A stretch of DNA of 55,607 nucleotides from Craspedostauros australis. Lineage: Eukaryota. The stretch lies in the NCBI GenBank assembly GCA_030167865.1, contig JALAGF010001348.1, positions 1 to 55,607 of the forward strand, read 5' to 3'. Both the position numbers and the translations under genes were made by a program. The notes under the pieces are model-generated. The model worked only from the letters and a program-made list of their open reading frames with translations. It searched no databases and was not told where the DNA came from. Below are positions 42,301 to 50,309 of the stretch, in pieces (positions within the stretch are counted from its first letter, which is position 1; each line of letters begins with the position of its first letter).

Positions 42301-42583
42301 CCAAGGTCGAATGCGCAAATGCCGTGAAGCACGACGTCGCCTGGTTGGCATCGCACTCACAGGAATGGCCCGCACCGATGTACGGCAACGGGATTGGAGT
42401 CCAGTCGGCTGGCGGGAGCTTCGCAAAGCTCTGGCCATCGGAAGAACGTCCATCCTCGTTGAGGTGGTTCTCATCGTTTCTGGCGCCGACGATGCCGACG
42501 ACCTCAGGATGAGATGGGTTGTGGGAATCTACTTCCGCAGAGACTGCGGATGCCCACAAAACAGCAGCGGAAAAGACCTTCAT
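30380..42583 (-). CDS. Giant intronless secreted mucin-like protein (~4067 aa): N-terminal domain, nine 8-Cys domains separated by Pro/Ser/Thr linkers, and a C-terminal PTxx array
   Basis: Single 12.2-kb open frame. The likely start MKVFSAAVLWASAVSA (ATG 42583) is a signal peptide; the ORF-track start at 42724 is a non-ATG upstream extension. No transmembrane or GPI-type C-terminus. Confidence 0.92.
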   Translation of the reverse strand: MKVFSAAVLWASAVSAEVDSHNPSHPEVVGIVGARNDENHLNEDGRSSDGQSFAKLPPADWTPIPLPYIGAGHSCECDANQATSCFTAFAHSTLESTRYDSVNMASSGVLGFRIPDCGWASGPFSTNSFTGIGDGATMNLVAAPDGCDHDGNGGGGDGDNSTVPYAAVGSLEVGYDPLEGALTVNFFTNCNYVIQGTIVYAGDFSVAQPQDRSNRTALNIVPPVQVYSHSQVTGARSDSFEIEVPHNADVSIIAQARICSCVDAFDEIDAGMDSDNATLLPGNMTGVNDTMFGDEIEKEYYICPNITFEDDDNVTLPDGAINVTNSANDSLAATILIQQLWKPNGTVSWVRVVHCNETGDLVCTNKTRNVQFLDVIEVEAHCCADGNMTVDVYVRDIAFHTNHSADAEVPEVCDQLSIPVVGVAKYSYSASCDCYTNVTNANITNETASPAPSISSEPTFTAYPTPFMNQSSVENTPTDQIPRTLPPLSDDCDQITIETDEHVALPDGAIQFTKQNASVATVNVTQLWTETGPVHWVRFVYCDENGQTVCTDPIWELGMLQSVEQTVHCCQDNTFQVNVLVSDLRFGLTDGAETDPLPACTDWTSSFGVVSYKYTSPCDCTESENSVLTPTPTALPSSSPFVCSDVITTNHDHIPLPHQAIQIGVFDHTIFIAAYQYWTTAAPIGWVRFIHCDASGELVCSAQHSNLAFGDEVWQDVHCCNTGSTVVHVYVQDPSFGFRASTHNPGVCDGWTDPAHVAQYSFEFGCGCDVMYVSPPDDGASKAPTPSPSAQTLPPTKQPKIPTAAPTRRATKAPSMRPSMSPSRIPSARPSIKRSSSPSYITSKSPSFVPSQQSNTPSMGMSRYLSLVPSALSSDAPSTAPTNRPTLQASSMPSMHMRARPSIMPFHRPTFAPSHAPTFGPTFAPSHRPTRRQTRWPTNIPTSLPSFRPSANPSINPSSPPTAAPSITPSSAPTRVPDRSSPTTSAPIFRITDSPSSLPSVCEDVIATNHDHIPLPHQAIQIGVFDHTIFIAAYQYWTTAAPIGWVRFIHCDASGELVCSAQHSNLAFGDEVWQDVHCCNTGSTVVHVYVQDPSFGFRASTHNPGVCDGWTDPAHVAQYSFEFGCGCDVMYMSPPEDGSSKAPTPSPNAQTSPPPTTAPTRRLTKAPTMRPPMPPSRDMSTRPTIMQSRRPSYIISSGPSSTPSQGTGAPSTTISTFLSMVPTALSSRTPSTAPTNQPTIQPSSAPSVDVSTEPSPIPSHELTDKPTNMPTNEPTSAPTYLPSLHPSTSPSISPSINPSSPPTATPSTMPSALPSNDPTKVPDRSSPITSAPIFRITDSPSASPSVCEDVITTNHDHIPLPHQAIQIGVFDHTIFIAAYQYWTTAAPIGWIRFVHCDASGELVCSAQHSNLAFGDEVWQDVHCCNTGSTVVHVYVQDPSFGFRASTHNPGVCDGWTDPAHVAQYSFEFGCGCDVMYVSPPEDGSPKAPTRSPSAQISSPPTAAPTRRLTKTPTMRPSNQPTNPPTSRVSLMPTVNMGTEASDEPSAVASDESSVNASRQPSHIPSHQPSMHPTDGPVPSSSQPPSEAPTILRSGMPTNPPTNRSSIFPTMDLNIAPAIAPSAIPSNEQSSEPSDQPSMNPTGRPTQSSSHTPSESPNMPRSDMPTTPSSIRSSIMPTTDMSVAPSVILSNDPSIRPSNQPTGEPSSQPSMNPTGGPTPPLSHAPSASPTIPRSDMPTSPPTITSSIMPTTDMSVEPSVEPSTMISDEPSGGPSSQPSDQPSIDPTGTPTVTTSSNPSNRPSADLSTSPSSAPSTFPSTNPTPDPDRSSPTTSAPIIAITDSPSSMPSVCEDVTLIQHDHIDIPHEALQIGSVDGTSIIMAYQFWKETEPLGWIRFAYCDASGEKVCSEEYSNLAFGAEVWQELRCCNSGLTEVDVYVQDPAFFIIASTLNPGFCDGWESARGVAEYSFQFPCDCDVTYVSPPPDGLSNSPTDPPVLPSSDPSSDPTGSPSSGPTPSSSYTPSASPTIPRSDMPTNPPTITSSIVPTVDLSIAPSIAPSAMPSNEQSSEPSDQPSMDPTGSPSSGPTPSSSHTPSASPTIPRSDMPTNPPTITSSIMPTTDLSVEPSVEPSAVPSIMPSREPSDQPTIAKSDSPSSDPSNRPSADLSTSPSAALSMFPSTNPTPGPDRSSPTTSAPIITITDSPSSMPSVCGNVIATTDSQVALPTEAIEINVIDGTTFIAAYQFWKETESLGWIRFVFCDASGEKVCSAEHSNLAFRDEVWQELRCCNSGLTEVDVFAQDADFVGVTMSPNPGICDGWTDPAGVAKYSFSFGCNCDVDYASPPTGPIGMPPTRSPSASTLPPSKITKAPTAAPTRRLTKAPSIRPSVAPSMAPSGAPSNQPTLRPSMKASIAPITMLSSEPSITPSNQPSGQPSSRPSIEPTSSPTLSLNHSPSESPAIPRSDMPTNPPTTTSSIVPTVDPSVAPSVAPSTIPSREPSSGLSSQPSHQLSMDPTGTPTVTTSSNPSNRPSNRPTTSPSPAPSMPPSVNPTPDPDRSSPTTPAPIFAITDSPSSIPSSVPSICEDVTLVQLDHIDIPHEALQVGSVDGASIIMVHQFWKETEPLGWIRFVYCDASGEKVCSEEYSNVAFGAEVWQRVECCNSGSKEVNVYVQDRTFRLLASAPDPRICDGWGNARDVAEYVFQFPCDCDATYVSPPLDGPNYSPTDPPVLPSSDPSTGATGSPSSGPSSSPVAMPVDVLSDTLSLAPSLGPTRVPTVSPTVRPSILPTVDMSTEPSITPSGEPSTNPSNNPTPDPDRSSPTTPAPIIAITDSPSSMPSVCEDVTATTDSQVVLPTQAIGINVFDGTTFIAAHQFWKETEPLGWIRFAYCDASGEKVCSTEYSNLAFRDEVWQELQCCNSGLTEVDVFVQDADFVGVTTSPNPGICDGWTDPAGVAKYSFSFECDCDVDYLSPPIGPTTMSPTRSPNTSTLPPSKITKAPTAAPTRRLTKAPSIRPSVAPSMKLSGAPSKQPTLRPSIKASIVPTVDISTQPTATSSDQSSNDPTQHDGNSSDAEPDWSESPTSLLDGDSNGDQEPGVDIKHPTSLPTLRPTETVTSLPTATPTGATSQTPTLRPSGTPSMASDVPTTSPSSEPTNWVTVNPTLQPSTSITDEPTNAPSRRPSNQPTLEPTSFPTRIPTANPSTATSWEPSQDPTLKPTTEPTLIASEDPSVEPTKRPTESPTSKATESPVIDLTETPTRKTSEQPSRSPTPQPTESLTLEPTPEPTLNPTTNPSERPTIHPTEQLTMAPTALPTLHRTVTPTGKPTNAITSEPTKQATAAPTNDLTDSPTAPLTPSPTEMPTQTQSDTPTKQPTAKPTEEPTTQPTVPPTAKPTISQTVEPTSTATETSTRHPTMQPIAAPTQQPTKGSTAAPTQLPTPVATKQPSQSPTRIPTASPTLQPTRKPTPRPAEQPTNHPTTQPTGEPTERLTLSPTRQPTDHPTNHPSEQPTRSLTTSPTAGPTVRPTEQPTQNLTHRPTDQPTAKPTSKPTDQPTQSPTRQLTEAPTDQLTTKPTERPTIEPTPNPTFEPTPRPTDQPTLSPTRKATSGPTDQPTQSPTGKPTDQPTQSPTRRPTEQPTSQPTGRPTQNPTREATSTPTEQPTRNPTHRPTDQPTVSPASKPTDQPTQSPTVKPTPRPTDQPTQSPTLKLTPKPTELPTQSPTPKPTPRPTDQPTRNPTRRPTEQPTLNPTRKPTPRPTEQPTQNPTRKPTPRPTERPTTEPTLNPTLKPTQRPTEQPTQNPTRRPTPRPTEQPTVKPTPKPTEQPTETPTRKPTPRSTEQPTQNPTRKPTPRPTEQPTQNPTQRPTPGPTERLTTEPTSNPTLKPTQRPTEQPTGNPTRKPTPRPTEQPTQNPTRKPTPRPTARPTTEPTLNPTLKPTPRPTEQPTLNPTRKPTPRPTERPTQDPTPKPTEQPTVKPTPKPTEQPTLSPTRKPTPRPTERPTTEPTSNPTLKPTPRPTEQPTQNPTRKPTPRPTERPTQNPTRKPTPEPTEPPTRSPVLPATETPTNI
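30390..32500 (-). repeat. 12-nt-period coding repeat (PTxx tetrapeptides) with a higher-order 48-nt unit PTEQ-PTQN-PTRK-PTPR
   Basis: Plus-strand nGT(T/C/A/G)GG recurs every 12 nt. The translation shows repeated PTEQPTQNPTRKPTPR blocks. Confidence 0.92.
33691..41680 (-). repeat. Nine dispersed ~380-nt domain repeats inside the giant gene
   Basis: Approximate spans: 41680-41282, 41110-40723, 40657-40280, 39581-39203, 38546-38168, 37039-36662, 35957-35579, 34840-34462, 34069-33691. Confidence 0.9.
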
Positions 42584-44418
42584 GGTTTCTTGCTGCAGTG
42601 GTTGGTAGGTAGGTTGGTTGACTGGTCGATTTCTTGGTGAAATGACTTGTAGACTGGCAGAGCAACTTGGTCTCGGATCGAACCCAGCGAATCTGTTCGT
42701 CCGCGCACGTGAAAGTATGGACACAGGGTATGATGTTGCAATGTTGCGATGGCGGAAGGATAGAATGCGATTGTGAATGCGAATTGGGAGACGAGATGAG
42801 ACTCATGAAAGAGCAACACGTTTCTGGATAGTTGGATTGCTGCCGCAACTGTTCTTGCGGCACTCCTGCCATGGTCATCAATGAGAGCGTTCGATGACCG
42901 TCTAGCACCAAAACAGCTCCCGATGAAGCACTTCGATGAAGCACATGGCGAGGACGAAGGGCCACGAACGACGTACCAAAGGATGATGCCGCTGTGTGTT
43001 CTACTCGGAGGATCAAGTGGAAGGCTTCGTACGCGTCTGAGCAAGCAGCAGTGGCAGCAATGGATTAGTTTCGATTGATGCTCTTGTTGCTTTTTGTGGT
43101 GGGAACGTCTTGAGGTGCAGTGCGCTGGAGGAAGGCTGCTAAATTCCTCACTGGCAACATCAGAAGGAGCAGAAGAAGAAGCACCGTCACAGCCACCTCT
43201 ACTGGTGCTGATGCATCGACGGAACCCGCTGACCACGTGTCGTGTAAGATCACTCATTCATTCGTTTCGACGTTGCTTCTTTTTCGGCGCATGGCGGTTG
43301 CATGTATGCATGTGAATGCATGTGGATACGTGTCCGTGGGAGCATGTGTGTGTGTATGCATGTGCGCTCTCTTTCGTTGATCCAATCGTTCATTCGGTCG
43401 GTCGGTCGGTCGGTCGTTGGATTCCATGTCGTTTGAGGTTGGAGCAAGAAAGAGCCGACGTCTAAACAAATCGGCGGCAGTGTCCCTTCCTAAGTGCGAG
43501 TGTCTCCATCTCGTCTCACTCTCTTTCTTGCTGCTCCTTTTGCTTCCAACACGCGACATCATCCCTTTCGCGCCTTTTTTCTTGGTCGGATGCACGCCCT
43601 GTTCGACTGTGATGTGTTGCAGTCACTGAGAGCAGCAACTGTCAAAGTTGGGAAGCGAAACCACCACAAAGATTGCGATCCAACGACCTTGAAGAACAAT
43701 GCGTGACATCATGGTTGTGGGGGCGTGGAACAACCGTTATGGTCGACCCCCCATCTCACGCTTTGGATACTTCTCGCACGATTGTCGCAGGTGCCGGATG
43801 TTCTTGCTCTTCGGAGGAGAAGCGCCAAGACTGTTTCGATGACGGCAACGACGACAACGTTGATGACGATGATGGCCACGACGACGAAGGAGCAGAAGTG
43901 CGCACTGCAGAACTCTCAAAATTTCGTCCATGTCCGTTCGTTGCGTTTCTTGTTGTTCCTTGTTCTTGTTGGTGTTGCCACCACTGTTGTTCCTTGTTTC
44001 TGTCATCTTTTGCGCGCCATTTTTGTTTGGCTGTCGAAGAGCGCTGATTGGCTGAATCAAAGATACGCTTGGAATGTAATCGAGTATGTCGATTGAGTCG
44101 AAGTGTTCAAGATTCTTCCAAGTTCGACACAGATCCATTTTCTCGCCGCGAAGCGTTGTTGCGTGTTGCGAAATCGGCAGCGACAATGGCGCTTTGGATT
44201 GCGGCGAATGGCAACGACGATACTCGATGTCAGCATCAACACAGAGAGCACGAAGTTGTCAAACGGCCAAGGAACCATCACCGTAGCAGCAATCCGACGA
44301 CCGCCTGATCGACTTTGTGATCAATCAACTGATTCGACAAAGACCACGAGAAGAGCGAACGCTGCAGGAACAAGCCCGTGCCAATCAAAGACGCAGAGAC
44401 ATACATAATCCAGACAAC

Positions 44419-45174
44419 ATGAGCATCGACACCGCCAAGCCACTCCTCGCGCAGCTGAAGGCCAAATTCGAAGCCGGCGACGCCGCTGGAGGACAGGATG
44501 CGCTGTCCGAATTGAAGTTCCTGCTGCTGGACTTCCCTCCCAACTCCACGGAGCATTGGGCGGTGGCGACGCAGACGCTGGAGTACGGAGCCCTGCTGGC
44601 CGCCGGCGATGGAGACGTCGATGGCTTCTCGCGCAACATCGCGCAGCTCAAGCCATTCTACAGCAACCCGGAGCAGACGAGTCCTCGCAAATGCCACATC
44701 CTGGGTCTCAACCTCATGTCGCTGCTGGTGGAGAACCGACTGTCGGAGTTCCACGCCGAGCTCGAGCTCCTTTCCGAGACCGAGGCCTCCGACAAGTTCG
44801 TCTCCTTCCCCATCCAGCTGGAACGGCAGCTCATGGTGGGCATCTACGACGAGGTCCTCAGCGTCAGCGTCCCCGATGCGTCCTACCAGTTCTTCGTGGA
44901 CAACCTGCTGCAGACCGTCCGCGACAGCATAGCCGACTGCATGGAGGTTTCGTACAAGGAGATGAAGATAGTCAACGCCATGACGATGATGAAGTTCGAC
45001 AAGCAGGAGGAGCTCATGACCTACATACAGGAATGCCGGGACGACTGGATCATCAAGGGCGACACACTGTGCTTCCAGCCACCGCCTTCGGGGCACAAGG
45101 CCAGCGACGTCCCCTCCATGGATCTCATCTCGCAGTCGTTGGCGTATGCGACCGAAATGGAGCGCATCGTGTAG
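44419..45174 (+). CDS. RPN12: 26S proteasome regulatory subunit RPN12 / PSMD8
   Basis: LEYGALL, F.R.IAQLKPFY, ILGLNLMSLLVENRLSEFHAELE, FPIQLERQLMVG.Y, TVRDSIADCME.SY, and C-terminal LAYATEMERIV. First ATG is at 44419. Confidence 0.96.
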   Translation: MSIDTAKPLLAQLKAKFEAGDAAGGQDALSELKFLLLDFPPNSTEHWAVATQTLEYGALLAAGDGDVDGFSRNIAQLKPFYSNPEQTSPRKCHILGLNLMSLLVENRLSEFHAELELLSETEASDKFVSFPIQLERQLMVGIYDEVLSVSVPDASYQFFVDNLLQTVRDSIADCMEVSYKEMKIVNAMTMMKFDKQEELMTYIQECRDDWIIKGDTLCFQPPPSGHKASDVPSMDLISQSLAYATEMERIV

Positions 45175-45807
45175 AGCAGTCCCATCATATTCCTCATACT
45201 ACACAAGATCTAACATTCTCGCACACCACAATACTTGCGTACTAATGCACTGGTCAGGGATATCTGAGAGTCGGCACTTTTCGAGTCTTTCTCTAGAGTT
45301 CACTTAGCATCTGCAAAGCCATTCTTGCACAGCGCATTCATGTATGTATGCATGCCATGGAAGAGTCTCTTTTGTTGGTCTGCGTAATTTATGTTCTGCA
45401 TCGATGCCATGCATGCAGAGCGAGGTTTCTTCGTTCGAGTCAATTGTACTGCAGAGAGTGTGATGGGAGTCGTGTTGCTATCGAGGCTGTATTGGCTAGA
45501 GTGCTGTTGCCCAATGTCATTCGCACACCGCACGATGTGGCATTGGATGCGTCCGCACTACGATAAAGGGAAGCTTGCATGGATGTACCACCGACGCGGC
45601 AGATTAGTACCGTTGCTCTCTGTCAGAGCGACATGCTGTGAAACAATCTTGTGCATCGGTACTAAAATGCGCAGTATTGTTTTGGCAAGCGCATGCTCCA
45701 AAACATGGCTGCGCTTTCCATTCCACATCTGCCATACGTACATACTCGCATTGCGCACGTACACGTACGGATTAGAAAGCAGCGCCGTCCAATGTGACGC
45801 AGCGGCT

Positions 45808-46287
45808 CTACGCTCCTCCAGGCCCGCCACGGGCACCGCTCCTCATCATTTGCTTGTATTTGGCTTCGAAGGACGTGTCCTTCACCTTGAGAGTCTCCTT
45901 GTTGGCGTAGTACTCCTCCATCTTGTCCAGGCGCGTTTCCAGGTTCTTCTCGATCTTCTGCGCACGCTCCTCACGCGTTCGCTCGCGCGAAGTCTTCTTC
46001 TTGGGCTGCATGCGACCGTAGCGCGAGACCTTGAACTGGTTGGGCATGAGGACCGGGTCCCACAGCGGATCCCACCCCACGCCCGTCGTGACGTCGAAGG
46101 TCCCGTAGGTTCCATCCCTCAGGGCCTGCTTGCGCAGCACCTTGCCGACCCGCTTCGACACCACGGGTCGTCGCCACACGTGCGTCTCCTTGTACGTGAA
46201 TCCATTCTCAGCTGCCTTCGACAGCACCTTCTGCGGCTTCAGCGCCTCCGCGCCCTTTTGGCACAGGTGTCGGAGGGCGGCTCTCAT
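45808..46287 (-). CDS. Probable mitochondrial large ribosomal subunit protein of the mL59 (MRPL25) family
   Basis: Basic 159-aa protein with WRRPVVSKR...LRKQA and PKK...ERTREERAQKIEKNL...MEEY motifs recalling mL59. Coding-like codon bias. Confidence 0.7.
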   Translation of the reverse strand: MRAALRHLCQKGAEALKPQKVLSKAAENGFTYKETHVWRRPVVSKRVGKVLRKQALRDGTYGTFDVTTGVGWDPLWDPVLMPNQFKVSRYGRMQPKKKTSRERTREERAQKIEKNLETRLDKMEEYYANKETLKVKDTSFEAKYKQMMRSGARGGPGGA

Positions 46288-47116
46288 CGTTTCGAAATCG
46301 TTGCAGATATATTATGTATGGATAGACGTATGGACTCTATTGATGTGGATGTGTCTGTCGTTGTGGCTGTTGATGTTGGTGTTGATGTGCCTTGTTGTCT
46401 TGTTCTCTTGCTTTTGCTCTGTTGCTTTTTCGGTCGTTCTGTGATGGACAGACGGTTGAATTAACAGACGATATTCATGATAAATACAATTGGGAGTTAC
46501 GTGCAACTAAATAAATAATAAACATTTTGATGGTGAGGACACAACTCCGTCAACTTTTTTCCATCTTCCTCTCCATTCCCGAATTGTGCGTCACGGAAAC
46601 TTCTGTTTTCGCGGTTCCGATTGGCTGCGACATGTGAGATGAACGTTGGCGGAAGAAATGGATGGACGGCAAGACTGGAGCCTATCGTTCCGATCCAGAC
46701 ACAGAACAAACGACCACAGGCCATGGATACCGTGTACCAACAGGCTTGAGAAAGCAATGATGTGACGAACGGTTCGTCACCAATCTTCTTCCATCTCGAC
46801 AACGAACCAACCTCACACATCACACAACTAGACGAGCATCGGGATTGGATCATCTCGGTCTTCAGTTATCCTCTAATCGTATTATACTTACAATACAATA
46901 CATCAAGGATAGTCCTTGCCATTGTATTCACACCACATCGGGTCTCGTTCACAATCGCAACACTCTGCGCTTGTCCACAACCATCAAGGCGACCAACGCC
47001 AACACCAACATCCACTTCCACAAATCGCCCACGGTCATAAATTGTGCCTGCGACGACCACGATCTATTTGAAGAAGGAATCCAATCAAGAAAGAACAATC
47101 CAACAGACAGAGGAAG

Positions 47117-50038
47117 ATGAAGGTCCTCGCAGCAACAGCGGCGCTTGGCGCAGTGTCAGCACTGACAGCACTGACATCAGTCGATGCCTTCTCACCGTCG
47201 GCAATTGCCAAGGTCAGATCAGGTCGCACCCAGCATGCTAATGTCTCTCCCATGCACACCTCTCGTATCGGAGCCAGCGCCAGCCAGAGACTGACCACCA
47301 CCACCTTTGCCACCATCGAGAGCATGGAGGTGGATGGCGCCACATCGGATGCAACGGGAGAGGAGTGCATCACCAAACCCAAGGGATCATCGAATCCGTG
47401 GGAGGTGCACAAGTTCGGAGGCGCGTCCTTGGCCACGGCGGAGCTCTACCGCACCGTCGGAGACCTGCTCATGGAGGAGGCCAGCGGCAGAGGCGGGGGC
47501 GCTGTCCCGACCATGGCCATCGTGTCGGCCAAGGGCGGCATGACCGACCTTCTCGTCAAGGTCGTGGACTCGTCGCTCGTGGACTTCGATCAGGCGACCA
47601 AGGATCTGGATGCCGCCCTCGAGAGCGCCGTGTCGGTCCTCAAGGAGCTGGCCCCGCCGGAGATCACCGATCCGATCGAAGCGCGCTTCCGCCAGGATGC
47701 ACAGGACATCCTCAGCGTCGTGCAGTCCCTCCGCATGATCCACACCGTCCCGGCCGTCAGCATGGAAGTCGTCACCGGATTCGGTGAGATCTGGTCCGCC
47801 CAGACCCTGCACGCCTACCTCCAGACCAAGGACATCCCATGCGACTGGATCGATGCGCGCGATATCCTCGTCGTCAAATCTGACAGCGCGGGGCTCGGTG
47901 AGAAGGGAGAGGCGTCGACGGGTGGCGTCGTCCCGCTCTGGGCTGAGACCGCGACGAAGATGGCCAACTGGTGGAGCACGGTCGGCAGAGACGAGGGGTT
48001 CATGGACTTGGACTACGACAAGGCATCTCCGATCATCGTCGTCACCGGATTCGTCGCAAAAACTGCCGAAGGTGTTCCCACGACGCTCAAGCGATCCGGA
48101 TCCGACTACTCCGCCACCGTCTTCGCCAAGCTCACGGGCGCATCGCGCGTCACCATGTGGAAGAACACCAACGGCGTCTACACTGCCGATCCACGCCGCG
48201 TGCCGGAGGCGTTTCCCATTAAATCCCTCAAGTACGACGAGGCCATGGAATTGGCCTACTTCGGTGCCCAGGTCTTGCATCCATCCGCTATGGTCCCATG
48301 CATCGATGCCAACATCCCCGTCTACGTCAGAAATATCTTCAACCCATCCTTCGAGGGGACCGTCATCCAGGGACGATCCAAGCTCCTGGCCGACGTCGAT
48401 AGCAACGACATCGTCAACTGGCGCGCCAAGAGCGGCGTCATCCCAATCAAGGGAATCACATCCGTTGACAAAACGGCCCTCGTCACTCTCGAGGGTGCAT
48501 CCGTCATCGGGGGTGCCAACGTCGCCGAACGCTTCATGGGCGCCATGGCGGACAACGGCGTCAACGTCCTCATTATCACGCAGGCCAGCAGCGAGTCCTC
48601 CATCTGCATCGCCGTCCCAGAAAATCAGGGACAAATGGCCCTCGACGCCCTCAAGGCAGAATTCGAGCTCGAATTGGCGCGATCCACTGTCAACTCCGTC
48701 TCGCTCAACCTCGGCATGGCCATCGTTGCCATCGTCGGCGAGGGTATGGCGCTGTCTTCCGGAGTCTCCGCCACGTTCATGAGCTCGTTGGCTCGGGCCA
48801 ACGTCAACATCCGATGCATCGCTCAGGGATCGTCAGAGCGCCAGATTTCCGTCGTTGTTGACGGCAACGATACCTCCCGAGCCCTGCGTGCGGCTCACAT
48901 GGCCTTCACCCTGTCCGAAACGGCAGCCAGCGTCGTCATCCTCGGCGCCACAGGCAAGGTCGGTTCTGCCTTCGTGAAGCAACTGCAGGATGAGAAGCAG
49001 CGCCTGATCGACGACCTCGGCTTTGACATGCGAGTCAGCCTCGCTGCATGCTCCACCAAACTCGTTGCCGGCGATGCCATCAACGAGGTCGACCTGCCCA
49101 CCCTGCGGGAGAAGTTGGGATGCGATGGCGCCGAGGATTTCGATCTCGATGCCATCACGCAGGTGCTGGAGGCCGATGTCAACCCGCACCGCGTCGTCAT
49201 CGACTGCACCAACAGCGAGGAGGTGTCCAAATACTACGAAAAGTGGATCCAGAACGGAGTCAACATCATCAGCCCCAATCGCAAGGTCAACGCCGGACCC
49301 TTCGAACGCTACCAGCGCGTGCGCAAGGCCGAAAGCCAGCTGCCGGTCCGCTGGCAGTTCGAGAGCAGCGTCGGTGGTGCCCTTCCCATCCTTACAACGC
49401 TGCGCGATCTGCAGGACACCGGAGACCAGGTCCGTCACATCCGCGGATGCGTCAGCGGTACCATGGCGCACGTGCTCAACACCTTCTGCGAGGACGTGTC
49501 ATTCACAGAGGCCGTGCGTCAGGCCGTCGGGCTCAGCTTCGGGGAATCCGACATCCGCGAGGATTTGAGCGGATTAGACAGCGCCCGCAAGGTGGTCATC
49601 CTGGCGAGACAGCTTGGACTTGCAGTCAACGTGGAGGATGTGGAGATCGAATCGTTGGTTCCGGAGGAGATCATGAACAAGGACTACGACTGCGACATCG
49701 CCGATCTCAACGAGGCCATCCTCGAGGATCTCAAGTCGATGGATGATTCCATGCTGGCCAAGCTCACTGCCGCCCAAGAGATGGGAAATAGATTGAGATA
49801 CAGGTTCGACATTGACGCAGTATCCGGCAAGTGCAGTTGCAGGCTGACAGAGGCAGACAAGTCGGACACTTTGTACCGCCTTCGATCGAATGAGAATCTT
49901 GTCTCCTTCCGCACCGATCGCTACACCGAGTCGCCGCTCATCGTGAAGGGCGCAGCTGCGGGTCCAGAGCTGGCCGCCGCCGGAGTCTTTGCCGATTTGC
50001 TGCGTCTCTCCCGTGCCTTCTCCACCGAGCAGATCTAA
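47117..50038 (+). CDS. thrA: Plastid-targeted bifunctional aspartokinase / homoserine dehydrogenase
   Basis: Bipartite presequence (signal ending VDA|FSP, ASAFAP-like); VHKFGGASL; TTLKRSGSDYSA; GVYTADPRRVPEA; ELAYFGAQVLHP; two ACT domains (ITQASSE, IAQGSSE); HSDH motifs VIDCT, ESSVGGALP, DLSGLDSARKVVILAR and GAAAGPELAAAGVFADLL. Confidence 0.97.
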   Translation: MKVLAATAALGAVSALTALTSVDAFSPSAIAKVRSGRTQHANVSPMHTSRIGASASQRLTTTTFATIESMEVDGATSDATGEECITKPKGSSNPWEVHKFGGASLATAELYRTVGDLLMEEASGRGGGAVPTMAIVSAKGGMTDLLVKVVDSSLVDFDQATKDLDAALESAVSVLKELAPPEITDPIEARFRQDAQDILSVVQSLRMIHTVPAVSMEVVTGFGEIWSAQTLHAYLQTKDIPCDWIDARDILVVKSDSAGLGEKGEASTGGVVPLWAETATKMANWWSTVGRDEGFMDLDYDKASPIIVVTGFVAKTAEGVPTTLKRSGSDYSATVFAKLTGASRVTMWKNTNGVYTADPRRVPEAFPIKSLKYDEAMELAYFGAQVLHPSAMVPCIDANIPVYVRNIFNPSFEGTVIQGRSKLLADVDSNDIVNWRAKSGVIPIKGITSVDKTALVTLEGASVIGGANVAERFMGAMADNGVNVLIITQASSESSICIAVPENQGQMALDALKAEFELELARSTVNSVSLNLGMAIVAIVGEGMALSSGVSATFMSSLARANVNIRCIAQGSSERQISVVVDGNDTSRALRAAHMAFTLSETAASVVILGATGKVGSAFVKQLQDEKQRLIDDLGFDMRVSLAACSTKLVAGDAINEVDLPTLREKLGCDGAEDFDLDAITQVLEADVNPHRVVIDCTNSEEVSKYYEKWIQNGVNIISPNRKVNAGPFERYQRVRKAESQLPVRWQFESSVGGALPILTTLRDLQDTGDQVRHIRGCVSGTMAHVLNTFCEDVSFTEAVRQAVGLSFGESDIREDLSGLDSARKVVILARQLGLAVNVEDVEIESLVPEEIMNKDYDCDIADLNEAILEDLKSMDDSMLAKLTAAQEMGNRLRYRFDIDAVSGKCSCRLTEADKSDTLYRLRSNENLVSFRTDRYTESPLIVKGAAAGPELAAAGVFADLLRLSRAFSTEQI

Positions 50039-50309
50039 AATATTCGATACACGAGTACGAGTACAGTGAACGCATGAGGCGCGCGCGTCATTCTCTGCCC
50101 AATTTGAACACAGAAAAGGCATAGTACTGCGAGAGAGCAGCAATCTATTCTTCTCTCTTCTTGAGCATGGAGTGGAACAGGGTCGAGAAGAAACGGTATA
50201 ATAGTTGCCAAATATTAAAGTACTTGAATCCGATGAGAGCATGCACCTTGCCACATGCTACGAGTTCTTCTTCCGCGGCGCAGCTTGCCTACTCGAAGAG
50301 AGGAGTTCC

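Noticed and set aside
46590-46630. TTTCGCGG and ATTGG (E2F-like and CCAAT-like words) between the divergent mL59 and AK-HSDH genes
   Set aside because: They are short words expected by chance, with no transcription-start or conservation evidence.
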